Shown here one piece after another: positions 1 to 35,778 of a stretch of DNA of 64,000 nucleotides. Below the pieces are notes generated by a model that was given only the letters and a program-made list of their open reading frames with translations, made no database searches and was not told where the DNA came from. Each line of letters opens with the position of its first letter. The first letter of the stretch is position 1. This DNA is from Amoebidium appalachense. Its lineage: Eukaryota; Protista; Ichthyosporea. The DNA is taken from the NCBI GenBank assembly GCA_963693365.1, contig CAVNZM010000001.1, forward strand, positions 8,262,907-8,326,906, in the 5' to 3' direction. The position numbers and the translations under genes were made by a program.

Positions 1-445
1 TACATACGGTTGGGTCATAGCCTTGCAGGGCATAGAATCACGCTCTGACGAGCACGGTATCTGTGTAACGAAGTCTGCATGGCACATAGCCAAACTTGCA
101 TATGCAAGCACATGGCTCATGCCGATGCATGAAAACACTTCGCACATATTACACACACACACACACACGCACACACACACCGCAATACACAAACAGGTGC
201 ACCCACGCTTGAGTACGTGTACTCGCAGGGCACTCGAACACACGGGCACACACATGCACACTTACACAAAACAAACACCAACAAAGCACACATACACATT
301 GCACCCACCACATTCGTACATACAGGTACACATGCACATACACGATTTCTAGCCGCGCACACACACGTCAATTATATAAGCAGTACAGTTGTTTCTGTTT
401 GTGCTTTCTCTTTAATGTGCTGACGTGTTTTGCTGCTTGGTGAAG

Positions 446-20890
<20,445 letters not shown>

Positions 20891-21916
20891 AGGTGTAGGC
20901 GTGGGTGTGTGCCACTGGGTGGGTGAGTGGTGAGTGGGTTTAAAAAAGGGTGGTAATTTTTTTATATAGAGTTTAATTTGGTGATTGATTAGGATTAATT
21001 GGAGTTTTATGCATATGTATTTGGTAAGGAATGTTCTAATGTTAGCTGGCTTTTGGTGTGTTGTGATTTGATCGACATCGAAGATTGTTCAATTTGGCCT
21101 TGTGATTTTCGGCCAATCATGTGAGGTTTTCTGGTTGTGTTGGCTGGGTGCGGGATGGGAGTTTGTGCCCGGTGCACACGTGTAGTGTAGACTGAGGCTT
21201 GCACACGTGTGTGCGGCCCAATAAAAACACACACGGGCGGTGTGTGGTTGGACGTCTTAGACATGACGGTCCGCAACCCGACATATGTAAATGTGTATCC
21301 GGATAGTATGCGCACGTTTAGGGATTTTTGAATTTGAAATGGGGGGGGGGGAGAGTAGTAAATATCGACGTCCCCCCTGGTGGTACCCCCCTCCCCCCCC
21401 TCCCCAAGGTAGCCGCAGGGGTGGGTGGGTCCCCCCCCCCACCTCCGGGGGGGGGGAGGGACCTACCTGCCCGAGTGGGGTGGTGGGTCCCCCCCCCCCC
21501 TCCCCCCTGCATGCCCGTGATCATGGTACTAAAGAGTCTCCGAAGTTTCCACCCACCATGGCACAGACGGTATTCGCTTTGGCCACTGATGCATATCCCG
21601 CTCCTCTTCCCCCCCCCCCCCTCCCCCCCCCCCCCCCCCCCCCCATACACACACACACTCACGTGCACACACACACGTATCACACACGCGCGCGCACACC
21701 CATACAATGTCATGCACACACACGCGCGCACATGCACGGCCGTACACACACACACACGCACACGCACACACACACACACACACAGACACACGCGCGCGCC
21801 GGCGCATACACGCACACACGCGCGCGCCCGCACTCGCCCGTACAAGCACACACACACGCACACAAACGCACACAGTGTCACACACACGCGCACACGCGCA
21901 CACACACACACACACA

Positions 21917-22007
<91 letters not shown>

Positions 22008-22034
22008 CACCCGTTCGTGCCCCCGCGGGGGGGA

Positions 22035-22068
<34 letters not shown>

Positions 22069-22295
22069 GGGGGGGGGGGGGGGGGGGGGGAGTATGACCG
22101 TATGGCATATAGCCTGAGTTGCAAGTGATCAAGGAATCCTAGTAGTTAGCCTAAATGTTTACGTTTTGGCTTTAATTTGTATGTAAACTACTGCTGATTA
22201 TAGTATTTTATGTGGTCAGGTTATCTAATATATTACCTTCACATGATGTCAGCCTATGGGGTGGGTGGGTCCCCCTCCCCCCCCTCGAGCCGGGG

Positions 22296-22504
22296 CAGGC
22301 TGTGAAACTAGGGGTTTAGGGCCAGAAAATTGCCGCTGAAAATCCAAAAATTGTCCCTAACTTTTGGAGGTTAGGTCCATCAATTTTCCAAATGTTGGCT
22401 CTAGCAGAGCCAAATATATAAATGGTTGTTGGCTCTGTTACGGCCATCCAGGCTGGTGGAAAGTTACCAAAATGGCACCAGCCAAAAACAAAATTCACAC
22501 CCTG
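22296..22504. mobile_element. Old hAT-type MITE, 209 bp
   Basis: TIRs CAGGCTGTGAA / TTCACACCCTG (10 of 11 match); flanking 8-mers AGCCGGGG and GGCCAGGG (6 of 8 match) fit a decayed 8-bp target-site duplication. Confidence 0.6.
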
Positions 22505-24769
22505 GGCCAGGGGCGGTGCCGGCCCGGGTGGCTTTGGGAGCACCGCCTAGACACAATGTAGCAGCCAGTGCCAGCGATGATTATGATTGGGTGACAAAAA
22601 TATAACGGTACTAATAAGGATTAGCATGCTTCCTATTGGTGATATGTCAGCGATGGTGTTTTGTGGTCCAAAATGGGTAGAATGTGTAGATATAAGTGGC
22701 GCTTACGCATTACTGGCGCTTACTCTGTCAAAGTTTACTCCAAGTAGGCTAGAGAAAAATAGCAAACGTACACAGAAAAGAAAACATCGTACATAAACCT
22801 CTCTTTAAATAACATAAAGAAATCAGTTATGGGGGCACGTGCAGTTTTTATCATTAGTTCACTATGATATTCGGTTGTACAGAGGTAAGAACGAGTGCAC
22901 TAATAGAACTAATTTTGGTTCTTAGGTGCATGGAACGATTTACTTTGGCGACATCTTGTTTTGTTTTGTTTTCAACCCTTTGGTGTTACACGTGCACGCC
23001 ACACCACAATACACACGCTCTCACACAAACTCACACGCACACGCACACGCACACGCACACACGCACACGCACACACGCACAGCACGTACACATGCACATG
23101 CACGCAGACGCGTGCGCATGCAGACAAGTATTAGACAATAACTGGTTCAACACACGAAGAGCTCAAACGTAGCGTCCCTAATGATAGAGTTTGACTCGAG
23201 CTAATATTTCTTCACTCCTCTCCTCGAATCACAAGATCAGCAAGCCTTCTAAGCCTGATTTTTGACTAAAGAAGCAAAAACCACCGCCTTACATATTGAC
23301 GACTATATTCCACCGCCCGAGCATTATTCCGAGCACGGGCTGGCAGTCAAGGATGGAAAGGTACGTGTGAAGACAGTGCGAAACCCGTACACGAACCAGC
23401 AATCAGATTGGCACAGTATGACACTGGCAAGGCAGAAGAAGGTGAGTGACTGCCATTCAAACCCCATTGTGCATGCGTGCTTCGGGGCAACCATGGTGCC
23501 GGTGGGGGTCACCCGCAAGTTGCATAGATGTGCTAAGTTACATATGTACAAGTTGCGGGTGACACGTTCGGTCAGTAGCGTGGTGAATAATAGATGATAA
23601 GAATTCTACGTCACAATGAATCGTGCTTCTACCCTTTCCCCTTCCCCCCCTCTTCCTTTTACCTTGTTTTCTTGATCCTCCTCCGCTAACCCCTCCTTTT
23701 TGCCCCAACGCCAACCAGTCCACGCATTCCACGAGGTATTCTCTTCCGGACATTTCAGCCTCATCTCAGTTATGGCTCTACTTTTACGAACGCCTAGCGC
23801 CCGCCGAGCCGGATACGTGGAAAATTATGAGCGCATCCAAAAAAAGGATACACTCACAGACCTGCAGGCATGGCTGCTCCGCAACAAGTGTGTGCATTTG
23901 GCGGTCTACATTGTGAGGTGGCACACGAAAACGCTGCGGGATGGGGGTTTCGACGACGTGGAAAATGAAACCAAGATGGAGTTTTTGGGTTCAACGGCAC
24001 GCATTTTGTACAAAGTTTTGACACAGTTTGTGCTGGAGCCGCAGGTATTGAAGACGCTGCATGAAACGAACTGCGAAATCTACGCTGTTGGTGAATATGC
24101 AATTGAAGTCATGCGACACCACTCACCCAATCAAATGCCTCGCAGCCGCCGGAAAACTCCTCGGCATAACTTTTAAGTTTACACGTGGATACACCAGGCT
24201 ACGTGCACATGGCCCCGGAAACTGCCATTCGGAACCTGTTTGAAGATTTCGCGGCGGTAAACGGTTTTGAAGCAATGATGCGGATTCCGTACGGGGATTG
24301 GAAACTGGAGCGTTTTGTTCCTTGGCAAAAGGAGCATTTTGAATGTGCAGTGGCCATTCCCAAGCTGTTTGCGCAACTCCTACCGATGGAGATTGTATTT
24401 CCGCACGTCAAACGAACAAACACGCTGCGCGAGGCGGCCCGGTACCTAACAGACAAAAACATTTCGAAGATTCCTCAATTTACTTAGAAGATGCCTGCAG
24501 TTTTCTGTGTATGCTGACCAATGAGAATGTATCACGTGTTTGGGCGGCCAATGAGGGAGGGTGTACCACTGTGGCTGCGCTGCTCAACAAATCAGATTAC
24601 ACCAACCTGGGACTAGCAATCGAAAAGGCTCTGTTGGTAAGCACATGATTTCCTCCCGCCCTCCCCCCCCCCCCCCCCACCCACCCACACACCCACACAC
24701 CCACACACACACCCCTCCCTCCCCGCCAGCGCAGAAGGAAACTGTGAAGAGTACATACGTGTACATTCG

Positions 24770-25095
24770 TGTGCGAGTGTGTGTTTAGTTTAAAAATACA
24801 TATGTGTACATGTGTGTGCGAGTGTGTGTATAGTTTGAAAATACATATGTGTACATGTGTGTGCGAGTGTGTGTATAGTTTGAAAATACATATGTGTACA
24901 TGTGTGTGCGAGTGTGTGTATAGTTTGAAAATATATATGTGTACATGTGTGTGCGAGTGTGTGTATAGTTTGAAAATACATATGTGTACATGTGTGTGCG
25001 AGTGTGTGTATAGTTTGAAAATACATATGTGTACAAGTGTGTGCGAGTGTGTGAATAGTTTGACTTGTATGTGTGTACAATTGTGTGCGAGTGTG
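24770..25095. repeat. 45-bp minisatellite, about 8 copies
   Basis: Unit GTGTGCGAGTGTGTGTATAGTTTGAAAATACATATGTGTACATGT; GCGAG recurs at 24773, 24818, 24863, 24908, 24953, 24998, 25043. Confidence 0.93.
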
Positions 25096-25422
25096 TATGT
25101 AGTTGTGTATAATTTTGAAGTGTGATGTTTATAGATGGGTGTGTGCGTGTGGTAAACACGCACAACCGTGTGTACGCGCACGCACCAGCGTACGCGCACG
25201 CACCAACAAGCGCTGTTGCCGTCCTCTGGGTTTTGTGCTTTCAGAACACTGCTAAGCCCACGTAGTATGCCAGCAATTATCTATCCTCTCTACATCGTGT
25301 GTTTTATGTTTTGTCATTCCTCCTGTCCTCTTTACCATTTAGTAGACAGCGACCCCCTATCCTCTTCACGTCATGGAATAATGTCGTTCATCGCGTTCTT
25401 ATATATATATATATATATATAT

Positions 25423-25515
<93 letters not shown>

Positions 25516-25534
25516 ATGTATGTATGTATGTATA

Positions 25535-25664
<130 letters not shown>

Positions 25665-25679
25665 ATATATATATATATG

Positions 25680-25713
<34 letters not shown>

Positions 25714-25926
25714 TTCCTACTTTTATTGTTTTATAAAAACTTTTTTTTTTGGCGCCCAAAAACTTCCTGCCAAATTTTTATATATGGCTAATCGTGTGAT
25801 GAAAAAAAAATGTATGGACAGCGCGAAAATAATTGGTCCATACATTTTTTTTTTTCGATTTTGCGATATTCCTACTTTTTACTGGTTTATAAAAATTTAT
25901 TTATGTGTGTGTGTGTGTGCGCGCGC

Positions 25927-25957
<31 letters not shown>

Positions 25958-26103
25958 TATGTGTGTGTGTGTGTGTGTACACATATATAGATATAGATAT
26001 GGATATGGATATGGCTATATCCATATCCATATCCATAAGTATAGATATAGATATAAAGATGTATTATGTCACAGTACTAGTCTATTTTTATTGGTTTATA
26101 AAA

Positions 26104-26188
<85 letters not shown>

Positions 26189-26294
26189 ATACACACACAT
26201 ATATAGATAAAGATATAGATATGGATATGGATATAAATCTAGATATATAGATATAATTATTTCACAGTACTAGTCTATTTTACCTCCCCTTTAC

Positions 26295-27223
26295 TAGGGG
26301 TCTGTAAATCTATCTCAAAAAAGGTACCTAAATATCAAGTGGCTCTTTCTCGATCTATCCCAAAACCTACCTAAATATCTTAGATCATTTCCCGGAAATT
26401 CTCAAAAAAAAGCACCTAGATTTCTTTTGATCTATCCCAAACCCTACCTAAATATCTTTCATCTATCTCGGACTTTCCCACAGTGTACCTAAATATCTCG
26501 TCGAAAAATCTCAAGATCCAGAGGCCGGGGGGGGGGGGGGGGCTCACTTACACTAAGTGTGAGTATGGACTTAGGGCAGGCAGGGAGATTTGTGCACATG
26601 GAAATGCAGTGAAAATCGGCAGCAGCAAAAGTTGGCCAGGTACGGCAAGGCAGGAGGGGGGCACACTTAGTGTGAGTGGATCGAGAGTCTTTGCTGCAGA
26701 GAGCAGACCAACAATAGCGAGTTACACTATATACCTTTCAAGGTCAGCCGGCATCGCCCCGAATAATGTTTTGATTGGCGTAAACAAGCGACTGTTTGTA
26801 ATCCTCCAGATTGCAAATTTTTAAGTGGTGTTAGGTTGCCCGCCAAAACACCGTAGGCCAATAAAAAGCTGGGCCACGTCGACCTCGACGACCATATATG
26901 GTTCTTTTGCCCACCTCAAAGAAAACTACGCCATTGGTGTTTTTCTAAATCTTTCTCTAACATGGGCCAATGAATCCACAGCCCTTTAAGCTGCCTACAG
27001 GTCCCCAAATAATTATATATATACACCTAGACCACGAGATATTTGGATCTATCCCGCCTCAATTTTTCGACTTTCTCGAGATAGATCCCCAGATTGATCT
27101 ATCCCACATGTACCTAAATATCATTTTCATTTCCCAAAAACGTGGCTAAATATCCGGCTTCTTTCCTTTCTCAACAGGTACCTAAATATCACGAGAAATT
27201 CCCGATAGATCTACAGACCCCTA
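26295..27223. mobile_element. Non-autonomous hAT-superfamily element, 929 bp
   Basis: 20-bp TIRs TAGGGGTCTGTA(A/G)ATCTATC with one mismatch, perfect 8-bp TSD CCCTTTAC (26287-26294 and 27224-27231), six subterminal ACCTAAATATC motifs. Confidence 0.92.
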
Positions 27224-27455
27224 CCCTTTACTGCATAGATAAGGTGGTCTCTATATCCACTTGACCGCGCACTATAAGGTCATTGCTCACCTTCTTGACC
27301 TTACTCTCTATCCGCTCATCCCTACCAGCGACCCCTTCTCTCCCTGTCCCCTCCATCATCCAATCACATCCCTCTTAGCCCATCCTTATCTCTTCAGTGC
27401 ACTCCGTCCCCCCTCCCCCCTCCCCCCCCCCTCAACACACACGCACACGCACACA

Positions 27456-27537
<82 letters not shown>

Positions 27538-28334
27538 CCCCTATCGTCGCTTCCTCTCTTGTTCCTTCCATCCCCTGCCTCAAACGCAAGTCGAAGCCCT
27601 TTGTTTTGTGGAGGCATGGGATCCCCCTAATGTTGAGCTCTGTAGTTTGCCCGACCGCATGTTTGAATTTCGGCTTTATTGTTTATGTTTCGCCCTACTG
27701 GCTTTTCAATGTCCTTGCGTCCATGGGTCCCCGAAATCTAATACATGCCATCCCCCCCCCCCCCCCCCTTCCTTCCCCCTCTCTCCCCCGCTCCCTCGCT
27801 CCCCCCTCCCTCCCCCTCCCGTTCAATCCTTCCCCCCTTCACCCTCCCTCCAGGCTGGGCTCTGCTCTGAGCTTATTGAAGGCTTCAACACAATTGACAG
27901 CAAGTTTGCAGCCGACCGTGAAGGGTGTGTCGTTGCTTGCGGCATTTGGACGCTCCTAGGAAAGGCGGTGGACAACCAGCAGGCATGCAAAAAGAGGCCC
28001 CTGGCCCGGGCCCCCACGGAGAAGTTTGTGGGCCTGCTAAGGGTTTATGGCAGTAGCAGTGAATGGATTAACCTGATAAGTCGGCCAGGCTTCAGGGGGG
28101 TATGCATTCCCTCCCCCCCCCCCCCCCCCCCCCCCCCCCAGTTTCCTCCTTTGCTTCTCTCCATATGTTTCACACGTGCATGACACACACGTGTGCGCGC
28201 ACACACACGCAAACACACACATACATACACACAAACATGTGTTTCCTGCTTTCTTTCTCTCCATACCATGCATGGATGCGTGGGTGTGCGCCAGCCCACC
28301 GACAATCACATTTTCACACACACACACGAACACA

Positions 28335-28410
<76 letters not shown>

Positions 28411-28781
28411 TGCATACGCACAAGGACACCTTTCCCCCTCCCCTCTCTCCGTCCATTATTCCGGCCTCCAACTCCCCCCTCCCCCCCCCCCCCCCCCCTT
28501 AGCCCCCTCCCCCGCCCCAACACACACACCCCACTCACTGTTTGGCAGCCCGTGTGTGAGAGTATACATTTCTAGCCCTCCGCATTCATCAACTTCAAAT
28601 GTCCTGGTTGGTTTTTTGAATGTACCACCAGCCTAATTATGAGTAAGCCTTGACCTGATTACGAACAAGCCTCAACCTGATTATGAACAAGCCTTAACCT
28701 CGTGTCCTACCTTTTCTCACCTGCCAGGGCCACGTAGGTGCGCCCAGACACACAGACATACATACACACATTCTCTGTCTT

Positions 28782-29054
<273 letters not shown>

Positions 29055-29183
29055 CCCCCTCTCCCTCCCTCCCTCCCTCCCTCCCTCCCTCTCTCTCTCT
29101 CTCTCTCCCTGTCTCTCTCACTCTCTCTTTCACAATAGCACACGCACATTCTCTGACCCCCTCTCTTTCTCTCTCTCTCTCCC

Positions 29184-29262
<79 letters not shown>

Positions 29263-29407
29263 CGTCGTGGTGGAGGAGATAGAGGAAATGATATGTGAAC
29301 ACAATGAGTTGGTGCCGAACTCTGTCGTGTGCTTGCCCGTATGTCCAAGCCTTCCCCCCCTTCCCCCTCCCCCCCCTTCCCTCCCCTCTCCCCCCGCCCC
29401 CCCTCCG

Positions 29408-29438
<31 letters not shown>

Positions 29439-30485
29439 CGGCATCTAGTTCTCCCCCTCACCTGCCCATACATGGTCACTTCCATTAATGGCCACCTCTA
29501 ATAAATTCCTTCACTGTGCGTTGACAGCCCCTGTTTTCTTATCTTATCTGGCAAACTTCCGTATGCTTTAAGCTCTCAACTCACCGGCAATTTGCGGTGG
29601 TCGAGTACACGAACAAGTCTGTTGTCTAATGTGAGCAGCATCGGAAGTTGATAAGAATCAGCAAAATACGGAAGTAAATTACATACTTTTCCTGACTTAT
29701 ATAAAGAGAAACTAAAGTTACGTCAGCATATGGAGTTCTATAACGAAAAATGAAACTTAACCTCGGCACATGCTACGTTGTATGTGGTGTAACTCGAACA
29801 GGGCCAAAGAGCCAGCTGACTCCCTAATGCATTGATCCATTTGATGCAAACATCTGATTGGACAAATATGAAATTCACACACTGCGATTGGCTGCGCTCA
29901 TTCACGTTCGGTGGCCACTTCAATTTTTTGGTAAATTCTGATAAGTCGCTCCAGAAGCAGTCAGAAACAGATACAAAACTATATAAAATGATGAAAAAGA
30001 ATACCAACCAAACGAGAAAAGGCTGTGGATAAAAGACACCCCCGTCGACATTTACGCAGTATTTACGGGCTTTTTCCAATCATTTTTTGAGCGACAACAG
30101 AGTGTTTCAAGCTTATGTGAGCCACTTGGACGAATTGTTTAGTATTTATGATAACCCTCACATACTTCCATTTATGGTGTTCTCGGATGTTCTTACGTAA
30201 GACTTACTAGCCCTTCCTAACATCCTCCTACACTAGCATCCAACTATGTGCCCCTCTCAACGGTGATCTTCAACATTCTTTAGGTTGACTCATGTTAACA
30301 GTACCCCCTTTCAAAGAGAGCAACCCCTAGCTAACAACCTGGCGTATGCCCAAAATAGCGTTTTCCTTTCTCTCTTTCACTGCAAAGGTTGACGATGTGG
30401 GAATAGTCTCACGAATCTGGTTGGTGTGGAGGAAGGAGGAAGGGGGGCTCAACATGTTATGATTGACCCGGCTTTGACTGAGTTA

Positions 30486-30534
<49 letters not shown>

Positions 30535-30555
30535 GCACACACACACCACTTGCAC

Positions 30556-30604
<49 letters not shown>

Positions 30605-30927
30605 CCCTCCCCCCACCCAACACATACACCTACACTGGCAACACCGTCCCTTCCTTAGTCCCACCTCCCTTTTTTATTTGAACACATGCACACCCTCGCC
30701 CTCCCTATCCTTTCCTTCCCATCCCCCTCCCGTCCCTTCCCTTGGTGTTTCTCAGACTGTGTACACTTGAGGGTGTCAACATGGTCTGTGTATCATCATG
30801 TATCTATATGAAAGGTGAGAACTTTGGAAGCAAACCGTTCTTAAAACAAAAGAAACCAAAACATAAACCCACTAACACATGCACCGTGTGTGTGTGTGCG
30901 CGCACACACACACACACACACACGCAT

Positions 30928-30997
<70 letters not shown>

Positions 30998-31549
30998 TAT
31001 CAGCCCCAGGCCCGCACCCCAGCAAACCTGCCACCCGTATGTGTCAAATGTGGACACACGGCACCAAAGCTCAAGATCTGTGCGGGGTGTAAGAGCGTGC
31101 GCTACTGTGGGAGAGAGTGCCAGGTGGAACATTGGGCCGAGCACAGGCAGGCATGCCGGCAGCAAACACGGAAAACGGGACAAGGGGTATAAATGCGAAT
31201 GCAAGCTGATTATGCAAATCGGGGAGATTGTGAGCTTTGATTCTGTCAGTCGGCTTACACCATTGTATGATATACCGTATGTTGTGTTGCATATAGTTTA
31301 CATTTGTGTGTGCTCTGAAACACCGAGGCTTGTAAGTAGCTGTTGCTAGGTTGTTTATGAAAATTTGTTTCTTTCCATTTCGTTTGGCCTGGCCTCTAAG
31401 ATCATCCGTGCAAGGTCCACTGTGAGTTTCGTTTTGTGGTGGGGTGTTTAATAAAGAGGGGGAGGACTGCTCTCCTTCTATTGTGCATAGAACTACCTAC
31501 TTGATGCTGGTTAACGAAGTTATCCAGCTACGTATTTATGCCTGGCCCA

Positions 31550-31805
31550 ATCCAGCTATGTAACTATCCTGGTTATCTGGTTATATAATTATCCTGGTTG
31601 TTCAGCTATGTAATTATCCTGGTTATCTGGCTACGTAATTATCCTGGTTATCCAGCTTGTAATTATTCTGGTTATCCAGCTTGTAATTATCCTGGTTATC
31701 TGGCTATGTAATTATCCTGGTTATCTGGCTATGTAATTATCCTGGTTATCCAGCTTGTAATTATCCTGGGTGTCTGGCTATGTAATTATCCTGGTTACCC
31801 AGCCA
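31550..31805. repeat. 25-bp minisatellite, about 10 copies
   Basis: Unit GTAATTATCCTGGTTATC(TGGCTAT/CAGCTT). Confidence 0.92.
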
Positions 31806-31938
31806 TGTTAGTAGAGTTTGGTGTGTGCATTGCAGTATCTATTTTTCTCAAATTTCGAAACTTGTGTTTGGCTTTTTGTAACGGTAAGTTCACATCTGCT
31901 TGCTTTACAACATGGTTTCTCTCCGCTTTGGTTTCTTC

Positions 31939-31974
<36 letters not shown>

Positions 31975-32016
31975 TTTCTTTTCTTTTTTTTTTTTTTTTT
32001 TTTTGTTGTTGTTGGT

Positions 32017-32052
<36 letters not shown>

Positions 32053-32654
32053 AAAGAAAGATGTTTTGTAACTACCTGCGGCTCCTAACCCATGAACATC
32101 TTTCTGCACATATCTGTCCTTGTCCAATCAAATGCCTCCGAATAAAAGTCGGGCTTATGGCTGTCAGCTTTGATATTTTTTTCCCTTATTATTGATGTTG
32201 TAGTTGTGTGTGTTGCGCACGTGCATGCACCTATGTATATGTATGTGTCTTGGAGCCCACTGAGATGGATGGTAATGAGACTAGGGGTGGTCTGGCATTC
32301 GGGTGGTATTGTTAATGGCTTAAGTGTGAGAAGTTTCAGCGAAAGTTAGGAGTGACCTTGTCGACGAGCCATAACATAGTCCTCGACCGGGTGTCAGAAA
32401 TGGACGACTCCTTGCGCTCGTGAGGATTCAACAACTGCTGTACAATTGTTATAGCCAGCACTCGTTGCATGTGGGTGGTCACCAGTTGGGAAAAGCCTCT
32501 AACCCGTGGTGGCACATGAATAGATTTCCTCGTTGTGATTGTGGGACTTGATATTGGGAATAAGATTACAGATGAGATTGGTCGGCCGATTGCCATATTT
32601 TTTTGTTTTCCGTTTCTTTTGTTCTTTATTATTTTTTTATTTTTTTTTGTGTGT

Positions 32655-32702
<48 letters not shown>

Positions 32703-33579
32703 ATCCGGGAGGAAAAAGGGGGGGGGGGGGGGGGGGGGAGAAGGTGTCGGGCAAGGGGGAGGGGGACCGGTGGAACAGATGTCGCAGCCAATGACATCCC
32801 AGGCTCTGCATAAAAGGCACCGCCGTGTTGGCGGCATGTCTGGGTTGGAAAGGTGGGCCAATATTAATGCTACTCAGACTAGATTGGAAAGGTGTTGGAT
32901 AGCTGCAGGATAAAAATAATGCCACACACACATTTTCAGCATGCTGAAATCGATCAACATAAAGTTTTTGGTGTTTATTCTTTGTGTGTGTGGGGGGGGG
33001 GGGGGGGGGGGGGGGGGGGAGGGGGAGTTAGGCAAAATTAGCCTTCCGACCCCCCTAGAGAGCTCCTTCACCTAACTCACCTACAGCGATGTGACATCAT
33101 GAATTGGGCATTTACTAGTACCCGCTACCTTAACTAGTCTCTTTCTCCGCTGAAAACAGCTCTGCCAGTCTTAGACTATTCTCTGCTCACCACGTGGGTC
33201 AATATATCGCGAACCCTGGGCTGTGTATGCTAGCCATTAGGATTGATAAAGGTGTGTCAGATTACCTGATTGCACCTTTAGCACCCTCACTAGGGTAAGT
33301 CAATTCTGTCACTGGAAGGCAGTAGTTCCTGTAAGGGCCCTCCGCGCGGGGTCGCTCCTTGGATCACCGTGATACGTGATACTCGGGGACACAAAAAAAC
33401 AAACCGTGCGTTTATGTTCACCCACCATGCACCCTGCATAAGTTATAGGTGCGCTTTATAGTCTCGGCACCGTGATAGTGGGTCTCAGATGAACAAGATG
33501 ACAAGACTCGAAGCAAACCTTCCGGGGGGAGCGCCTCCCCGGCCGGGGGCTGGGGGCGGGGGCGGGGGCAGGGGTGGGG

Positions 33580-33610
<31 letters not shown>

Positions 33611-34873
33611 AGGGGGAGGGGGGGGGAGAAGGGGGGGGGGGGGGGGGGGGGGGGGGCAAAGAGGGGGGGGGGGGGGGGGGGGGGGGATTTACTGAAAGTG
33701 GAATATCTGAATCCCGGGGGGCTGAGTATTACAGCTTTAGCAGTGTTCAGTGACGGCAGTGACCGTGCTGGTTGTGGAGAGAAAAGATGCCCCAATGGCG
33801 GTGTGCCCGTAACTGAATATATGGTCCACGTGCACAAAGGTGGTTTCGTGGCGGCTTTTGCATTTGTGTGTGGCCCTGTTTCCCTCCCTCCCTCTCTTAC
33901 CTCCCTCCCTCTCTCCCTCTCTCTCCCCCCCCCATTTCTCTCTCTCTCTCTCTCAGACTCTCTCTCTCTTTCTCTCTCTCTCCGAGCAGGCTGTGTCTGA
34001 CACAGTGGGAAGCCCGGGGGAGCTCGAGTGGGAAGGGGAGGGAAACTTGGGTCGAGCAATTATTGGGGCTTGCATGACATGTGATAAAATGTTTTAGCAT
34101 CCGAGTCATCTATGGGTGACCTGTACGTCTGTACGTAGGGGCTCTAGCCTTGAGCCACAAGCGTAAAATGCTACCGTGGCCGAGAACATTTGCAGCAACC
34201 ACCGCTGGTGGAGTGCACTTGTGTGGGCGGTCAACGCGTTGCTGTGTGATGAGGCGGTGGTACAAGCTGTCAAGATTTGGCTGTGATTGTGGGTCGGCTT
34301 ATGAGACCGAATATACGTACCGATCACTTTGTGTCGATGTTGGTGTACTTCGAACCTGAATGCACACTAGATTTACAGTAGCCAGTAACCGTTGCACCAG
34401 GTAAGAGGTGCACGGTGCACGGCACAAACAGCAGATTTGGAGAGAATATCTCAAGTTCTTGTTATAAATGATCCTGAAATTTCCCTTTCACCCTAGGGCC
34501 TCCAGTCTGGGGTTTACACACTTTTTATTGCGTGGACACAGTCTCTCCCCCCACCCCACCCCCCCCCTTTTAGCATTTGCGGGGACAGGGATGCTGTGAG
34601 TACTCGTGTGTGTGCGTGCGCGCGCGCGCACCACGCGTGCTCCCCCCCCCCCCCCCCCCCCCCTCCCCCTCCCTCCCTCAAAACAACACCGAGTTACATC
34701 ACCACAGAGCCACGGTGCAAAAAACATCAGTTGGACTCAGAGAGATGGTGAAAGTATGTAATATGCCCGATGACACATTCAACTTGAAGGGTAACCGGCC
34801 CCGCCAGGCGACGTATACACTAAGTTAATACTACTTGGTTCTAGTGCAAAAACACGTGTGACATGTTTTGCAT

Positions 34874-34923
<50 letters not shown>

Positions 34924-35072
34924 AGAAACACGGAAGAAAGAAAGGAAAAAAAAAAGAAAACTCGACATTTACGCTGCTCTTGCACTACTTAGATATAACA
35001 TATAGGGTAATCGGTATTGGCCACTCCTAACAATAGAATAGCCTAATATGCAACCTCTAACATCATCATCAT

Positions 35073-35110
<38 letters not shown>

Positions 35111-35224
35111 ACAACAAGAAATTTGATATTCTTGACAACCCTTGCCCGGCTATACCACTATCCCATGCTGTGCCCTAAACAGCTGCTAAAAAACATACCC
35201 CAAATATTACAATTTTCACCCAGA

Positions 35225-35733
35225 CTATCCATCGACTATCCCATGCTGCGCCCTCAGCAGCTGCAAGAACGTGCGCCTCTCCTCAATCTCCAAGTCCAGC
35301 CTCTGCTTCCTCTCCTCCCTCTCCGCTTTTCTCTCTTCCAACTCCTCCTGAAACTTCCACTTGTCAAACTGAAGCCTCTCTCTCGCGAGCTCCAACTTCT
35401 CCTTTTCCACCCTCAACATTTGCTGTTTCGTTTCGAGTTCTTCCTGTCTCTTTGTTCTCTTCTCCCTGTAGTAGTTTGCCGTTTCGATTCTTTCCATTGC
35501 GGCGCGTGTGCGCTGAAGTTGCAGGCGTGCCTGGGGGTCTTCGACTTCGCTGGCATCCATGAAGTCCGTGTGCATGTGACGGACAGAGGACATGGGGCCA
35601 CCACCCCCGCTCGCCTGCTTGGTCATGCGGTGCTCCTGTATGTGTGTACGAGTGTACGTGTGTGTGTACGTGTGTACGTGTGTGTATTGGCGGATGGGGG
35701 GGGGGGGGGGGGGGGGGGGGGAGGTGGGTGTGG

Positions 35734-35778
<45 letters not shown>

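Noticed and set aside
29478-30178. Complex-sequence island bounded by ACTTCCATT(A/T)ATGG direct repeats
   Set aside because: Could be an insertion with a TSD, but there are no TIRs, tail or ORF to support it.
33698-33880. VFSDGS resembling an RNase H first motif
   Set aside because: No other RNase H motifs follow; too short to call.
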